Source: a virus
Lineage: Duplodnaviria; Heunggongvirae; Uroviricota; Caudoviricetes
IMG/VR virus record: IMGVR_UViG_3300047392_000113
Span: 119,152 to 170,832 of that record
Length of the DNA: 51,681 bases
Direction: 5' to 3' (one strand)
Shown: piece by piece, positions 32,811-43,015 of the stretch
How positions within the stretch are numbered: position 1 is the stretch's first letter
How the letters are laid out: each line of letters begins with the position of its first letter
Notes under the pieces: generated by a model
What the model was told of the DNA's origin: nothing
What the model saw: only the letters and a program-made list of their open reading frames with translations
Databases searched by the model: none
Position numbers and translations under genes: made by a program

Positions 32811-33545
32811 ATGAAAACATACAGTGTAGAAAAGTTCGACAATATAATAGATGAAGACCTCCAGTGGAGAGTCTGGGACTATATTCAAAACCAGACATTC
32901 CACGCAACTAGGAAAAATGTATCATATCCTAAAGTTGGATCTGTAATCTACTATAAACCTATCGATAATAAAAAAGAGTATCTTGACGACTCTGTTCCTT
33001 CTGTGAACAACCAGTATATGCACAGATGCGTGTTTGGTATGCGTGGTGAAGGGCATCCAGTCATATTAGAACTCTGGGAGCAGATCAATTCCCACTTTGG
33101 AAATAAATTTTTTATTGATGGGGATGTAGAAGGTATAGCTGACCCCAATCTAAAACCTAACTATTCTATGTGCTATGTGAATGCGCAACCAGAAGAAACG
33201 ATCAAACGTTCTCACGGTATTCATAGAGATACAATTGATCTTCAAGAAGAAACACACTATACGTTATTGTATATTGCCAATCCAACTTGGTATCCTACTT
33301 GGATGGGTGAGAATATCTTTTATTCTGATGATGAAACCACTGGTGACAAACAGCAATTTCAAAGAGGTTATGGTCAATCAAGAGGATTTGGTGTTGGAGA
33401 ACCATTTGAAATTATTTCTCCAAAACCTGGAAGAGTTATTCTTTATGATGGTAGAACATTACACACTACTAGACCAGTAGCACCATGGGCGGACAAGATG
33501 CGTTATGCTGTAGTGTTCAGAATACGAAAACGTAGAGATAAATAA
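32811..33545 (+). CDS. 2OG-Fe(II) oxygenase (prolyl-hydroxylase-like)
   Basis: HRD, TLLYIANPTW, GENIFY, PGRVILYDG..LH...R; TATAAATA 32798. Confidence 0.85.
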   Translation: MKTYSVEKFDNIIDEDLQWRVWDYIQNQTFHATRKNVSYPKVGSVIYYKPIDNKKEYLDDSVPSVNNQYMHRCVFGMRGEGHPVILELWEQINSHFGNKFFIDGDVEGIADPNLKPNYSMCYVNAQPEETIKRSHGIHRDTIDLQEETHYTLLYIANPTWYPTWMGENIFYSDDETTGDKQQFQRGYGQSRGFGVGEPFEIISPKPGRVILYDGRTLHTTRPVAPWADKMRYAVVFRIRKRRDK

Positions 33546-33551
33546 AAATAT

Positions 33552-33627
33552 GCGGGTATAGCTCAGTTGGTAGAGCACTTCCTTGCCAAGGAAGATGTCG
33601 AGAGTTCGAGTCTCTTTGCCCGCTCCA
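33552..33627 (+). tRNA. tRNA-Gly(GCC)
   Basis: Loop TT-GCC-AA, CCA. Confidence 0.95.
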
Positions 33628-33667
33628 AACATTATGGTACATAATAGTAAAATAAATAATGGCGATC

Positions 33668-33707
33668 AACACACGATTCATAAAACGGATCGTGTGTTTT
33701 CTTTTTT
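33668..33707 (+). terminator. Probable intrinsic terminator
   Basis: AACACACGAT/ATCGTGTGTT plus T-tract. Confidence 0.7.
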
Positions 33708-33722
33708 GTACAATCGAATGTG

Positions 33723-34229
33723 ATGTTCTTCCAAATATTAAACTTACCACCATTCCCAGAAAAGTATATCAAAGAAGCATACACTGCGAAATATACGCAG
33801 ATGTATAGTCCAGATCAACTGCGTGCATTCTCTTCATTTAACAATACAAAATTTGTTAAGATGATGCAAGATAAATTCGGTGTTCGTGGTGGGTTGTATA
33901 TGAAGAACACACCAATGTCTTATTACGACTGGCATACTGATATGGGGAGACAATGTTCGTTGAACTGGCTTCTTCAGAATAACTGTGGTAAAGCGTTCTA
34001 TAGAGAAAATATCAATTCATCAGCTGGTTCTAAATCCATAACATATAATCTAACGAAGATTGATTACACTTTATACAAACCAACTTTGCTTAATGTGACT
34101 AAAGAACACTGCGTTATAAATGATACTACAGAAGATAGAATCATATTCAGTATGAGTATTGATGTACCTTTCGAAGAAGTTCTCCAATATCTTTCTACTA
34201 CGGTAATTGATGATTATGAATCTTGCTAA
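33723..34229 (+). CDS. Hypothetical, 2OG-oxygenase/cupin-like protein
   Basis: YDWHTD, LLNVTKEHCVIN...DRIIFS. Confidence 0.6.
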   Translation: MFFQILNLPPFPEKYIKEAYTAKYTQMYSPDQLRAFSSFNNTKFVKMMQDKFGVRGGLYMKNTPMSYYDWHTDMGRQCSLNWLLQNNCGKAFYRENINSSAGSKSITYNLTKIDYTLYKPTLLNVTKEHCVINDTTEDRIIFSMSIDVPFEEVLQYLSTTVIDDYESC

Positions 34230-35655
34230 CGTTATCGACAAAAAACTAGCAAATAGTCTGTTTCTGATATGTGTTGATAAAGATGGCGTATCAAAGAAGT
34301 ATACCTACATAAATTTAGATGAACATTCTAGCTGGTTTGCTCGTTCTCTTTTAAAGAGAGGATTGGTGCAGGGTGATTCTATTGCTATCTTATCAAACAA
34401 CAGTTTCGAATATGCTGTCGCTTATTATGGTGCTCTTAAAGCTGGCATCGTTGCTGTGCTCGTCAATAACAAAATGAGCAGCACAGAGATTGAGTATGTG
34501 CTCACTGATAGTGGCTCTAAGATTCTATTTTCTGAAGATGAAAGACAATTCAGCATACCAACAATCAAGATGAATGAGTTAGAACTTTTCTACGATGTAG
34601 GAGAGTTCGATACTCTCCAGCTGGAAAGTTCAGCACATGCGGTCTGCATGTATACATCGGGTTCAACTGGTATTCCAAAGGGTGTTGTTTACTCTCATGG
34701 TCAGCATTATTGGTCTATTGATAGACACTCACAGGAAGAAAATCCTGTAGATAAATTCAGAAAAGTTAAGACTCTAATCATCACACCACTATATCATCTT
34801 AATGGATTGGCTGGTTTTGAGATTCAGATAAAGAAAGGTAACGTGATCGTTACATTGTCTAAGTTTGATTCTTCGATTGCTCTTAAAGCGATAGAAGAAC
34901 ATAAGGTTAATGTTATTGCAACTATCACAACCACGATGGCTCTGGTGGCTAACAATCCAGCTGTAGTTAATACAGATGTTAGTTCTGTTAAATCTATCCG
35001 CATCGGTAGTTCTATCACGACAGAATCCACAATCAATAAAATAAAGAAACATTTTCCACGTGCATCAATCTTAATCACATATGGAACTACTGAAACTGGT
35101 CCAGGGATGTTTGGGCAACACCCACAAAAGAAAAAATCTCCATTAACGAGTGTTGGGTATCCACTAAAGGGTATCGAGTATAGGATCGTTGATGGTGTTC
35201 TGCAGATTAAGACGCCATCCATTATGGCAGACTATAAAAATAAGAAAGAGTTATTCGACAGCAGATTCACCGAAGATGGTTTCTATATAACTGGTGACTT
35301 ATTTGAAGTAGATGCAGATGGATTCTACTACTGTTTGGGTAGATCAGACGAGATGTTTAAGTCTGGTGGTAATATCGTATACCCATCTGAGATAGAAAAC
35401 TTATTAGAGTCGCATCCACAAATATCGATGGCTGCTGTTATTGCAGTTGAAGATGAGTTGAAACAATTCCTACCTGTGGCATTCGTGGTTGCAGATGGAT
35501 TAACTGAACAAGATGTCAAGAACTATATACTATCTAAGACCGCTGCATATAAGCACCCACGTAAGGTTATCTTCCTTGAAACGATGCCTACTATCGGTAG
35601 TGGTAAAATTGATAAAGTGAAACTCAAACAACATTATAAGGAACATTATGTTTGA
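34216..35655 (+). CDS. Acyl-CoA synthetase / AMP-binding enzyme
   Basis: YTSGSTGIPKG, YGTTE, TGD, GRSDEMFKSGG, GSGKIDK. Confidence 0.92.
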   Translation: MNLANVIDKKLANSLFLICVDKDGVSKKYTYINLDEHSSWFARSLLKRGLVQGDSIAILSNNSFEYAVAYYGALKAGIVAVLVNNKMSSTEIEYVLTDSGSKILFSEDERQFSIPTIKMNELELFYDVGEFDTLQLESSAHAVCMYTSGSTGIPKGVVYSHGQHYWSIDRHSQEENPVDKFRKVKTLIITPLYHLNGLAGFEIQIKKGNVIVTLSKFDSSIALKAIEEHKVNVIATITTTMALVANNPAVVNTDVSSVKSIRIGSSITTESTINKIKKHFPRASILITYGTTETGPGMFGQHPQKKKSPLTSVGYPLKGIEYRIVDGVLQIKTPSIMADYKNKKELFDSRFTEDGFYITGDLFEVDADGFYYCLGRSDEMFKSGGNIVYPSEIENLLESHPQISMAAVIAVEDELKQFLPVAFVVADGLTEQDVKNYILSKTAAYKHPRKVIFLETMPTIGSGKIDKVKLKQHYKEHYV

Positions 35656-36394
35656 ACAGCTACATTCTTTAATTGGGCAGACAGTCGTTATTACTGGAGC
35701 GAATGGAGCAATCGCCAGAGCAGCAGCAAAACGTCTTCGTGGTCTTGGTGCCAATATAACTGGAATCGCAAGAACAGATAGCGAAGAAGTCAGAAAGTTT
35801 TATGCATCTGAAGAAGTCGAGGGTACACTGTTTATCGCAGATGTTACGGATACCGATTTAATACAACAAATTGTGTCTAAAATTACACAATGTGATATCT
35901 TGATCAACAACGCTGGTTGGACTAAAGCAGTACCACACCACGACCTAGCTGGTTTATCTGATGATGACATCGATAAAATGTTAAACGTGAATCTTAAATC
36001 AGTCTACACTACCACAAGAGCATTCCTACCTCTGCTACGCCAGAGCAACTACGGAACGATCATTAACATCTCCTCTGCTTCTGCCAATGGAGCAGGATAT
36101 GGTAGCAATGTTATGTATTCAGCAACCAAGTCTGCTATCAATTCACTAACAAAGGATTGGGCGAGAGCATTGGCACCGAAGGTTCGTGTTCTTTCTATTT
36201 CACCACCTCTTGTTATGGATTCTGACTTTTCTGGTTGGAGCAGAGATGATAAAATCAAACGTGGAATGAAACTACCTCTGAAGAGAGGATCCAACACAGA
36301 AGATATCGCCAACGCCATCGAAGCATATCTAACTAAAATCCGATTTGCCACTGGCGTTGATGTTATCGTCGATGGTGGGAGAAATTTACAATGA
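35648..36394 (+). CDS. Short-chain dehydrogenase/reductase
   Basis: TGANGAIA, NNAG, NISS, YSATK. Confidence 0.92.
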   Translation: MFEQLHSLIGQTVVITGANGAIARAAAKRLRGLGANITGIARTDSEEVRKFYASEEVEGTLFIADVTDTDLIQQIVSKITQCDILINNAGWTKAVPHHDLAGLSDDDIDKMLNVNLKSVYTTTRAFLPLLRQSNYGTIINISSASANGAGYGSNVMYSATKSAINSLTKDWARALAPKVRVLSISPPLVMDSDFSGWSRDDKIKRGMKLPLKRGSNTEDIANAIEAYLTKIRFATGVDVIVDGGRNLQ

Positions 36395-37287
36395 TTACCC
36401 GTAAACAAAAGACTGTTCTTACATGTGCTGTTACTGGTGGAGTTACCACCAAAGAGAACACACCATACTTACCCTGCACTCCAGAACAAATTGCAACTGC
36501 ATCTCTAGAAGCAGCCGAAGCTGGCGCTGCAGTAGTCCACATCCACGTTAGAGAGGATGATGGTAAGCCAAGCATTAGCTTAGACAAATATAGAGAAACT
36601 GTTGATCTTATTCGTAAACAGAACGATAAACTAATCATCAACCTAACTACTGGTCCAGGTGCTAAGTTTATTCCAGACAATACACGCTTAATTACTGGTC
36701 GTCCAGAATCGACTATGCTTCCAGCTGGTCGTCGTGTGAGCCATATTCTACAGGTCAAACCAGACATCTGCTCTATTGATTTTAACACGATGAATGAGAG
36801 TGATCAAAAACGTATTCGTATGAATATGCCGTATGTGGTCAAAGAGATGCTACGTCTGGTGCAATCTGTTGGCACTAAGCCAGAGTTAGAAATCTTTGGT
36901 TCTGGTGATTTCTTTCTTGCTAGAGAGATGGAGCGTGAGGGTGTATTCACTACTGGTAAACCATTGTGGCAATTTGCTACTGGTGTTAAGTATGGCATTA
37001 TGCCAACGCCAGAAGCTATTCACTACTACCACAGTATGCTACCCGACGATGCTCTGTGGTCTGCATTCGGTATCGGTAAGGAAGAGATGCCAATGGTTGC
37101 CACTACTTGGTTGTACGGTGGTCACGTTCGTGTTGGTATTGAAGACAATGTATATCTAGAGAAGGGTGTACTGGCAGAAACTAATGCACAGCTAGTTCAG
37201 AAAGCAGTCAGGATTGTAAAAGATCTTGGTGGTGAGATTGCTACATATGATGAAGCAAGAGAAATTTACGACTTACCCAAACGATGA
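36391..37287 (+). CDS. Beta-keto acid cleavage enzyme (BKACE/Kce family)
   Basis: TCAVTGG, PCTPEQIA, AGAAVVHIHVR, PELEIF, GHVRVGIEDN. Confidence 0.92.
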   Translation: MITRKQKTVLTCAVTGGVTTKENTPYLPCTPEQIATASLEAAEAGAAVVHIHVREDDGKPSISLDKYRETVDLIRKQNDKLIINLTTGPGAKFIPDNTRLITGRPESTMLPAGRRVSHILQVKPDICSIDFNTMNESDQKRIRMNMPYVVKEMLRLVQSVGTKPELEIFGSGDFFLAREMEREGVFTTGKPLWQFATGVKYGIMPTPEAIHYYHSMLPDDALWSAFGIGKEEMPMVATTWLYGGHVRVGIEDNVYLEKGVLAETNAQLVQKAVRIVKDLGGEIATYDEAREIYDLPKR

Positions 37288-37925
37288 ATCCTATTATAAA
37301 ATTAAATCTACCACCACTACCACCTGAGGTAGAATCCAGACTGTTGATTATGTCGGAGGATAGTGCCAATTTTAAGAACAGTAATAATACTTTGTTGGCC
37401 AAGAAAGAATCTGCTAAACGTAGAGGGATGACCAGAACAGTAGCAGAGATCGATGCAGTTCAGAAACTATATGGATTTGATTACATTCCTACACATAAGG
37501 CTATTCGTCTACAACCACAATTAACAGATGAATTGCGTAGTTATGTTCCTATTGAACTACCAGAAGCAATTGACTTTGTTGTGCAGGTTATTGATACTAA
37601 GAATACATTCATTCACGATGATGGTAGCCGTAAGGTATCATTCTACTATATGATGACAGAAGATCAGAATGCTATCACTAGATTCTACAAATCTGATTTA
37701 AATCCCATTCTGGAAACTACATATCACCCAGACGAAGTAGAAGAAGTTTACTCGATACATATGGATAAAGGATGTTGGTATATGTTTGACCATCAAAGTA
37801 TTCATGCTGTAACTAATGTGACAAAACGTAGAGTAGGTTTTTTGATAGACATGTCAAAGGTTTATACATATAGCCAGTGTTATGAAAAGTACAAGGATTT
37901 GATTGATGATAAAGATAATACCTGA
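37284..37925 (+). CDS. Hypothetical, 2OG-oxygenase/cupin-like protein
   Basis: IHDD, WYMFDHQSIHAV...R. Confidence 0.6.
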   Translation: MNPIIKLNLPPLPPEVESRLLIMSEDSANFKNSNNTLLAKKESAKRRGMTRTVAEIDAVQKLYGFDYIPTHKAIRLQPQLTDELRSYVPIELPEAIDFVVQVIDTKNTFIHDDGSRKVSFYYMMTEDQNAITRFYKSDLNPILETTYHPDEVEEVYSIHMDKGCWYMFDHQSIHAVTNVTKRRVGFLIDMSKVYTYSQCYEKYKDLIDDKDNT

Positions 37926-38367
37926 TTTTGTTTCTTCAGAAACGATTGATAGACTGATATCTTCTATTGATACTAGCAAAGCTACTGACTTCCCACACCA
38001 ACAAAACATTAAAACTGTTAACGGGATTGTCTATCCTCCAATACATAAAGAGGCAAAGAAATATGGTAACATTAGTAACATAGAGTTTTTAACTTATAAT
38101 GTCAACTCACTGATGTTCCCGCACATCGACAAGTATGGGTTCGATGGTGACTTCAAGTGGGTTCAGACTGGTATCTTGTTTATGAATGAACCATCCGAAT
38201 ATGAGGGTGGAGAGTTAGTGTTTAATAAAATGAAAACAGAGTTGAAGTGTCCGAAAGGGACATTCGTTTTATTCCCTGCTGGTGCTGACTCTGTTAACTA
38301 CACACACTCAGTAAAAGTTGTGACAAAGGGAATTAGACTTTCATTGGTCTTACGATATAAGGAATAA
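37903..38367 (+). CDS. 2OG-Fe(II) oxygenase
   Basis: HID, EYEGGEL, FP...H.V..V..G.RLSL. Confidence 0.88.
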   Translation: MMIKIIPDFVSSETIDRLISSIDTSKATDFPHQQNIKTVNGIVYPPIHKEAKKYGNISNIEFLTYNVNSLMFPHIDKYGFDGDFKWVQTGILFMNEPSEYEGGELVFNKMKTELKCPKGTFVLFPAGADSVNYTHSVKVVTKGIRLSLVLRYKE

Positions 38368-38368
38368 T

Positions 38369-39049
38369 ATGGAAAAGAAAATCACGTATCTAGAACACAA
38401 CGAAGAAGTTGTGGATGAAGTGCACAATCTGTGGCACACACCTATCATTACTGCCAAACCATTTGACGATGAATTCTTGGATAAGTTATGCGAAGACGTT
38501 AAGTATCTTCTAAAACCTGGAGCACCTGGAACTTTGAACCAGACCAATGTCTGGGAATTACCAGACCTACCTGATACTATGATTGCTGTCAAGGACAAGA
38601 TGGTTGAGTTGACAGACAAGTATTATCGCCCACTAACTGAGATGCCATTACCACCACTGTACGGTAGTAAGGGATACTTCCGTGAAGTAAAACAAAACTC
38701 GATCTATCGAATCTCTCCACACAAGCATGCACAAACGCTTGGTGTTGGTATCATCTATATCGATGTACCAAAACGTAATGCTGGTAACCTAATGCTAATG
38801 GATCCACGTGGTGGTGTTCTTTGGCACAACCAGTTCACACCATTCAAACGTGTCGCTGTTGAGCGTGGTCTGATGGTTGTACATCCAGGTTATGTAACTC
38901 ACTTTGTTGAACCTACTGACTACAACTGTTCTCGTTACGATTATCGCCTTGCCATTATCTCTAACATTCATTGGAAGCATGCTGACTTTATCAAGGAGTT
39001 GGCTAAGAATGAAGAGTTACTCTACAATATGGGAAGTATCGAGTTATGA
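38369..39049 (+). CDS. 2OG-Fe(II) oxygenase (TIGR02466-like)
   Basis: HKH, LMLMDPRGG, HPGYVTHFV, RLAII. Confidence 0.8.
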   Translation: MEKKITYLEHNEEVVDEVHNLWHTPIITAKPFDDEFLDKLCEDVKYLLKPGAPGTLNQTNVWELPDLPDTMIAVKDKMVELTDKYYRPLTEMPLPPLYGSKGYFREVKQNSIYRISPHKHAQTLGVGIIYIDVPKRNAGNLMLMDPRGGVLWHNQFTPFKRVAVERGLMVVHPGYVTHFVEPTDYNCSRYDYRLAIISNIHWKHADFIKELAKNEELLYNMGSIEL

Positions 39050-40497
39050 TGTTTTTTGATCAATATAAAGAGTTTGTTGATTCTGATATTAGAAAGGATA
39101 GACCATTAACCAGAGTCACCTCTGAATCATTAAGTAAAAGATGTCAAGCTCTTCTACCTTCTTGGTTGATCAAGGATAAAACTGTTCTTGATCTTGGTCA
39201 TTGCTATGGTGCATTTGGTCAGTGGTGTTTGGCAAACGGAGCTAAACATTATACTGGCGTAGACATCCAAAAATTATTTTGTGATAAGTCTAAAGAACTT
39301 CTATCAAAATACTGGAGTGACGAACAATTTAGCATTGAACAAGAAGATGTACTGGCATTCTTACAAAAAACACCAAGCCAGAAATATGATATTATTGTAG
39401 TATCTGGTGTTATGCACTGTTATTCTAATCCTATATCTTTTGTTGAGAGTGTATGTAACTCTGCCAATGAGGTTGTTATTATAGAAACATTAGAAGCTGA
39501 TGAATCTAATGGTGTTCCATCTATTCAGTTTAAAATTTTTAATATGGTCTCTGATGATATCAATTCACCATATCAAGGATGGACAGCTTTAGTTGGATAT
39601 AATGCACTTCGTTCAATAATGGAAGAGAATAACTTCGAGATATATGGACAAAGAATATTCCCCGAGAAGATTGAAAATAGTCATGATGCATATAATGATG
39701 ATATTACCGCTGTCAGTCCTCTCAAAAGCAAACCGAACCGTTATATGGTTCGTTACAAAAGAACCAGAAGAAAAATTAAAAAATCTTTACAATATAACAT
39801 TTTGAATAATGTTCATAGTAGAAATACTGCTTATGTTGGTATGTCTCACTCTAAAATTATTAAGGGTGAAACTTGGAAGTTTGATGATAATGTTGCTTCT
39901 AGATTCCAAGAGGAAGCTAACTCTAATATCCCAGATTATCATCGAGTTATTGAAATGTGTCAACAGATAGCCGATAGTAAGTTTGGTAAACATTCAGTTA
40001 TTGTTGATGTTGGGTCTGCATTAGGTTATACTGTAGAGTCATTCCTAACTAAAGGATACGATAATGTATACGGAGTAGAATCCAGTGAAGCGATGATGAG
40101 TAACTCATTGCATAGAGATCGTATCATTTTCAGTGAATCGTTTCCTATTATGCCAGTTGATTTTGTAATGGCTAACTGGACTCTACACTTTGTGAATGAG
40201 AGAAAGAAATACATACAAGATGTATATGATAATCTTAACTCTGGTGGCGTGTTTGTTTTAACAGATAAAACACCCCAATCAGATATTATAAAAGAGATGT
40301 ACTATGACTTCAAGAGATCTCATGGAGTCACAGATGAATACATATACGAAAAAGAAAAGAAGCTGCAGGGATATATGAATTTGTTACCTGTGCAGTGGTA
40401 TCTAGATACATTGAAAGAAGTTGGGTTTAGTGACATCCAGATAGTCAATAGTAAGTATGGGTTTGTAACCTTTTATTGTGAGAAGAATTATGCCTGA
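39046..40497 (+). CDS. Tandem SAM-methyltransferase fusion; C-terminal domain CmoA-like
   Basis: N: VLDLGHCYG; C: WKFDDNVA.RF...IPDY, DVGSALG, NWTLHFV, LNSGGVFVLTDK. Confidence 0.82.
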   Translation: MMFFDQYKEFVDSDIRKDRPLTRVTSESLSKRCQALLPSWLIKDKTVLDLGHCYGAFGQWCLANGAKHYTGVDIQKLFCDKSKELLSKYWSDEQFSIEQEDVLAFLQKTPSQKYDIIVVSGVMHCYSNPISFVESVCNSANEVVIIETLEADESNGVPSIQFKIFNMVSDDINSPYQGWTALVGYNALRSIMEENNFEIYGQRIFPEKIENSHDAYNDDITAVSPLKSKPNRYMVRYKRTRRKIKKSLQYNILNNVHSRNTAYVGMSHSKIIKGETWKFDDNVASRFQEEANSNIPDYHRVIEMCQQIADSKFGKHSVIVDVGSALGYTVESFLTKGYDNVYGVESSEAMMSNSLHRDRIIFSESFPIMPVDFVMANWTLHFVNERKKYIQDVYDNLNSGGVFVLTDKTPQSDIIKEMYYDFKRSHGVTDEYIYEKEKKLQGYMNLLPVQWYLDTLKEVGFSDIQIVNSKYGFVTFYCEKNYA

Positions 40498-41080
40498 TTA
40501 TTCAGAAATCAAAGATAACCATCGTGATAGAGTTTATGTTATCGAAACACCAGAAGAACTAGATTCTCATATGAAATCTGGTCGTAAATGGGTTAGTAAC
40601 TATTTCTTAATCGACAAGCCAAAGATTGTTCATTTTGCAGAAGCAACTGGTGACACGCAGTGGATTCATACTGCCGATGAATCAGAGGTAAAAAATAGAC
40701 TTAGCCTAATCTCCCATGGGTTTGGTGAAGATCCATTTGATAGAACTATTGCTCATGGATACTATTCATTGGCTATGTTTGGTTCACTACTCGGAAAGGC
40801 AGTGAATCTTCGTTTCACCAAACTTGTTATCAACTACGGATTAGACTATGTGCGCTTCACTAATCCAGTACCAGTCGACTCAAAAGTGCGTGCGGTTGTT
40901 GGTGTCAAAAAGTGGGAGTGGATAGCAGATGAGAATGATCCAACAAAAAACAATGGTGTAAAGATTTGGTGGGATCAAGTACTGCAGATCCAAGGTAAAC
41001 AGAAACCAGCTTGTTACGCTACTGCAGTTATTTTATACTACTTCGACAAAGACTATGCTCCACAAAAACCATCTGAATGA
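40490..41080 (+). CDS. MaoC-like (hot-dog) dehydratase
   Basis: FAEATGDTQWIH, TIAHG, NYGLDYVRF.NPV. Confidence 0.88.
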   Translation: MPDYSEIKDNHRDRVYVIETPEELDSHMKSGRKWVSNYFLIDKPKIVHFAEATGDTQWIHTADESEVKNRLSLISHGFGEDPFDRTIAHGYYSLAMFGSLLGKAVNLRFTKLVINYGLDYVRFTNPVPVDSKVRAVVGVKKWEWIADENDPTKNNGVKIWWDQVLQIQGKQKPACYATAVILYYFDKDYAPQKPSE

Positions 41081-41309
41081 CGCAAAGAAATACTCTCGCT
41101 TGTCAGAGAGTAAATGGTTCTATTTTCTACACATGTGGTGGGCACTGAAGTTCTCTGCCACACTACTCTTCTGGTCAGTCGCTATGTTTATCCATGCTAT
41201 CTTTCCACAGCTGGTAGGATTCACTGTTCTAGAAAACTTGGTAGCATTCCTTAAGAATATGAAAGAAAGTCATCCAGATGACCCCATCCTCAAAGACCTC
41301 AACCTATGA
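41055..41309 (+). CDS. Small membrane protein
   Basis: YFLHM..A...HAIFP motif. Confidence 0.65.
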   Translation: MLHKNHLNDAKKYSRLSESKWFYFLHMWWALKFSATLLFWSVAMFIHAIFPQLVGFTVLENLVAFLKNMKESHPDDPILKDLNL

Positions 41310-42051
41310 AATAATTAGGGTTGGGTTGCCAATCACTAGAGAAGCAATCACTCAAGAGTTTCTCGATATCGTAGATGAATTAGAACGTAATGATGACTGG
41401 GTTGGATTAACTCTTTGTGACTACGATACATCTGGTACAAAAACTAGACTAGATCAACACAACGCTCCAGCAGGATATGAAGTTCTATTGGAGCGAGGTT
41501 TTGTATTCCAACAGAAAGAACTAACCAGAGCGAATAAGATTATTGGCACATTTGGTTATCTCTGGCTTGGTCGTGATCCAATACAAACTACCATTAAGAT
41601 GCTGCAGATCCTTAAGAATGTGCATGCTGTAGAACAATTCAAGACAGTAGTAACATTCACACCTGGAAGTCCACACTACGATGATGCTGTGACTAAAATC
41701 TTATCTTCTGCGTTTGACGATATGAGAATAGTCGATACTGCATCCTCTGCTCAGATAGCTGCGAGTGCTATTGGTCGTGACTGCGAGATTCGTGCATACT
41801 ATGATGACTTTGTTCTTGGTAAAAATAAATCAATAGACAAGTCAAAGGTTTTGATATTCTCTTGCTTACAACATGGGTATAATGTTGATATGCAAAAGGT
41901 GGTCACTGACTTACAACCCAAAGAAATCATTGCAGTTAATATTAAACTTGACCGAGTAGAGAAAACGGTGTATACTTATGAGGAAGTGCTAAACAATATC
42001 GATATGTTGTTTAAATCAGAACAAACTTACATCTTTGGATTTGCTTGGTAA
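41278..42051 (+). CDS. Hypothetical protein
   Basis: Long ORF continuing the operon. Confidence 0.65.
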   Translation: MTPSSKTSTYEIIRVGLPITREAITQEFLDIVDELERNDDWVGLTLCDYDTSGTKTRLDQHNAPAGYEVLLERGFVFQQKELTRANKIIGTFGYLWLGRDPIQTTIKMLQILKNVHAVEQFKTVVTFTPGSPHYDDAVTKILSSAFDDMRIVDTASSAQIAASAIGRDCEIRAYYDDFVLGKNKSIDKSKVLIFSCLQHGYNVDMQKVVTDLQPKEIIAVNIKLDRVEKTVYTYEEVLNNIDMLFKSEQTYIFGFAW

Positions 42052-42479
42052 TGTATTATTTTATAACTCTTAAGTGGAAAGGTGGCTTTACTCATATAGT
42101 CCCATGTAGGAACTATAATCTTAAATCGCAATTACGATTCGCAGAATCACTTGATTACGTTGAGCATATATCGTATAAAGAAGTGACTGAAGAAAAGTAC
42201 AATGAATATTACGCTGATGAAAAGGAGAACTCTAATGGACCAAGAAAGCAAAGAAAAACACAGCAAGAGAATCCACCAAAAGGAAAGCTACGTAAAGAAG
42301 CAAGTAAAGATAGCAAAGCAAGTGTTGGGGCTAAACGAAAAGCAACCACATCGGTTCGCAAAGCACAGCCCAGCAAACTGCGGGAATCCAAAGTGCCTGA
42401 TGTGCGCAAACCCAAGAAAGACGTTAAAGGAACTAACGGTTCAGGAACAAAGACAACTACAAGACGTAGAAGCAAATAG
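42051..42479 (+). CDS. Hypothetical protein with a basic tail overlapping the next gene
   Basis: ORF coupled to the upstream stop. Confidence 0.5.
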   Translation: MYYFITLKWKGGFTHIVPCRNYNLKSQLRFAESLDYVEHISYKEVTEEKYNEYYADEKENSNGPRKQRKTQQENPPKGKLRKEASKDSKASVGAKRKATTSVRKAQPSKLRESKVPDVRKPKKDVKGTNGSGTKTTTRRRSK

Positions 42480-42549
42480 AGACAAACATAGTAATGGTTT
42501 AAAGGTAACCGATGAAACTAGCATCACTGACACAGTACGCCAAACATAA
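42235..42549 (+). CDS. Hypothetical Cys/His protein
   Basis: AAGGAG RBS; HRFAKH..ANCGNPKCLMCANPRK. Confidence 0.65.
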   Translation: MDQESKEKHSKRIHQKESYVKKQVKIAKQVLGLNEKQPHRFAKHSPANCGNPKCLMCANPRKTLKELTVQEQRQLQDVEANRDKHSNGLKVTDETSITDTVRQT

Positions 42550-43015
42550 AGATGGCACATACGTATCCCTAGAAATGAGCGAGGAGTCTAGAAAACTTCT
42601 CGATCACTACGTGGAAATGAATCTTGGATTGACAGAGCGAGTTGATCCATCTACATATCATATCACTGTAATCTATTCTCGAACACCTGTTCCATCAGCT
42701 GAGAATTACTTACACATGAACACTTCTCTGCCAGTCGAAGCAATGGTTACTGGTTATGAAGTATTCCCCACAAACCACGATGGAAAATGTTTGGTAATGC
42801 GAGTTGTTTGCCCATATGCAACTAGATTAAATTCTCAGCTAACGCAAGAAGGCGCAACCAGCGACTATTCTGATTACAAATCCCATATCACTATTGCTTA
42901 CAATATCCAGCAAGAAGTCGATCCGCATACGCTACCAGTACCGCAATTTCAATTAGTGTTTGATAAACTAAAAGTAGAACCACTCGACCCAGTCTTTACG
43001 CCCCAAAATAAGTGA
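42512..43015 (+). CDS. 2H phosphoesterase, Acb1/T4 57B-like
   Basis: Two HxT motifs: YHITVIYSR and SHITIAY. Confidence 0.8.
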   Translation: MKLASLTQYAKHKDGTYVSLEMSEESRKLLDHYVEMNLGLTERVDPSTYHITVIYSRTPVPSAENYLHMNTSLPVEAMVTGYEVFPTNHDGKCLVMRVVCPYATRLNSQLTQEGATSDYSDYKSHITIAYNIQQEVDPHTLPVPQFQLVFDKLKVEPLDPVFTPQNK

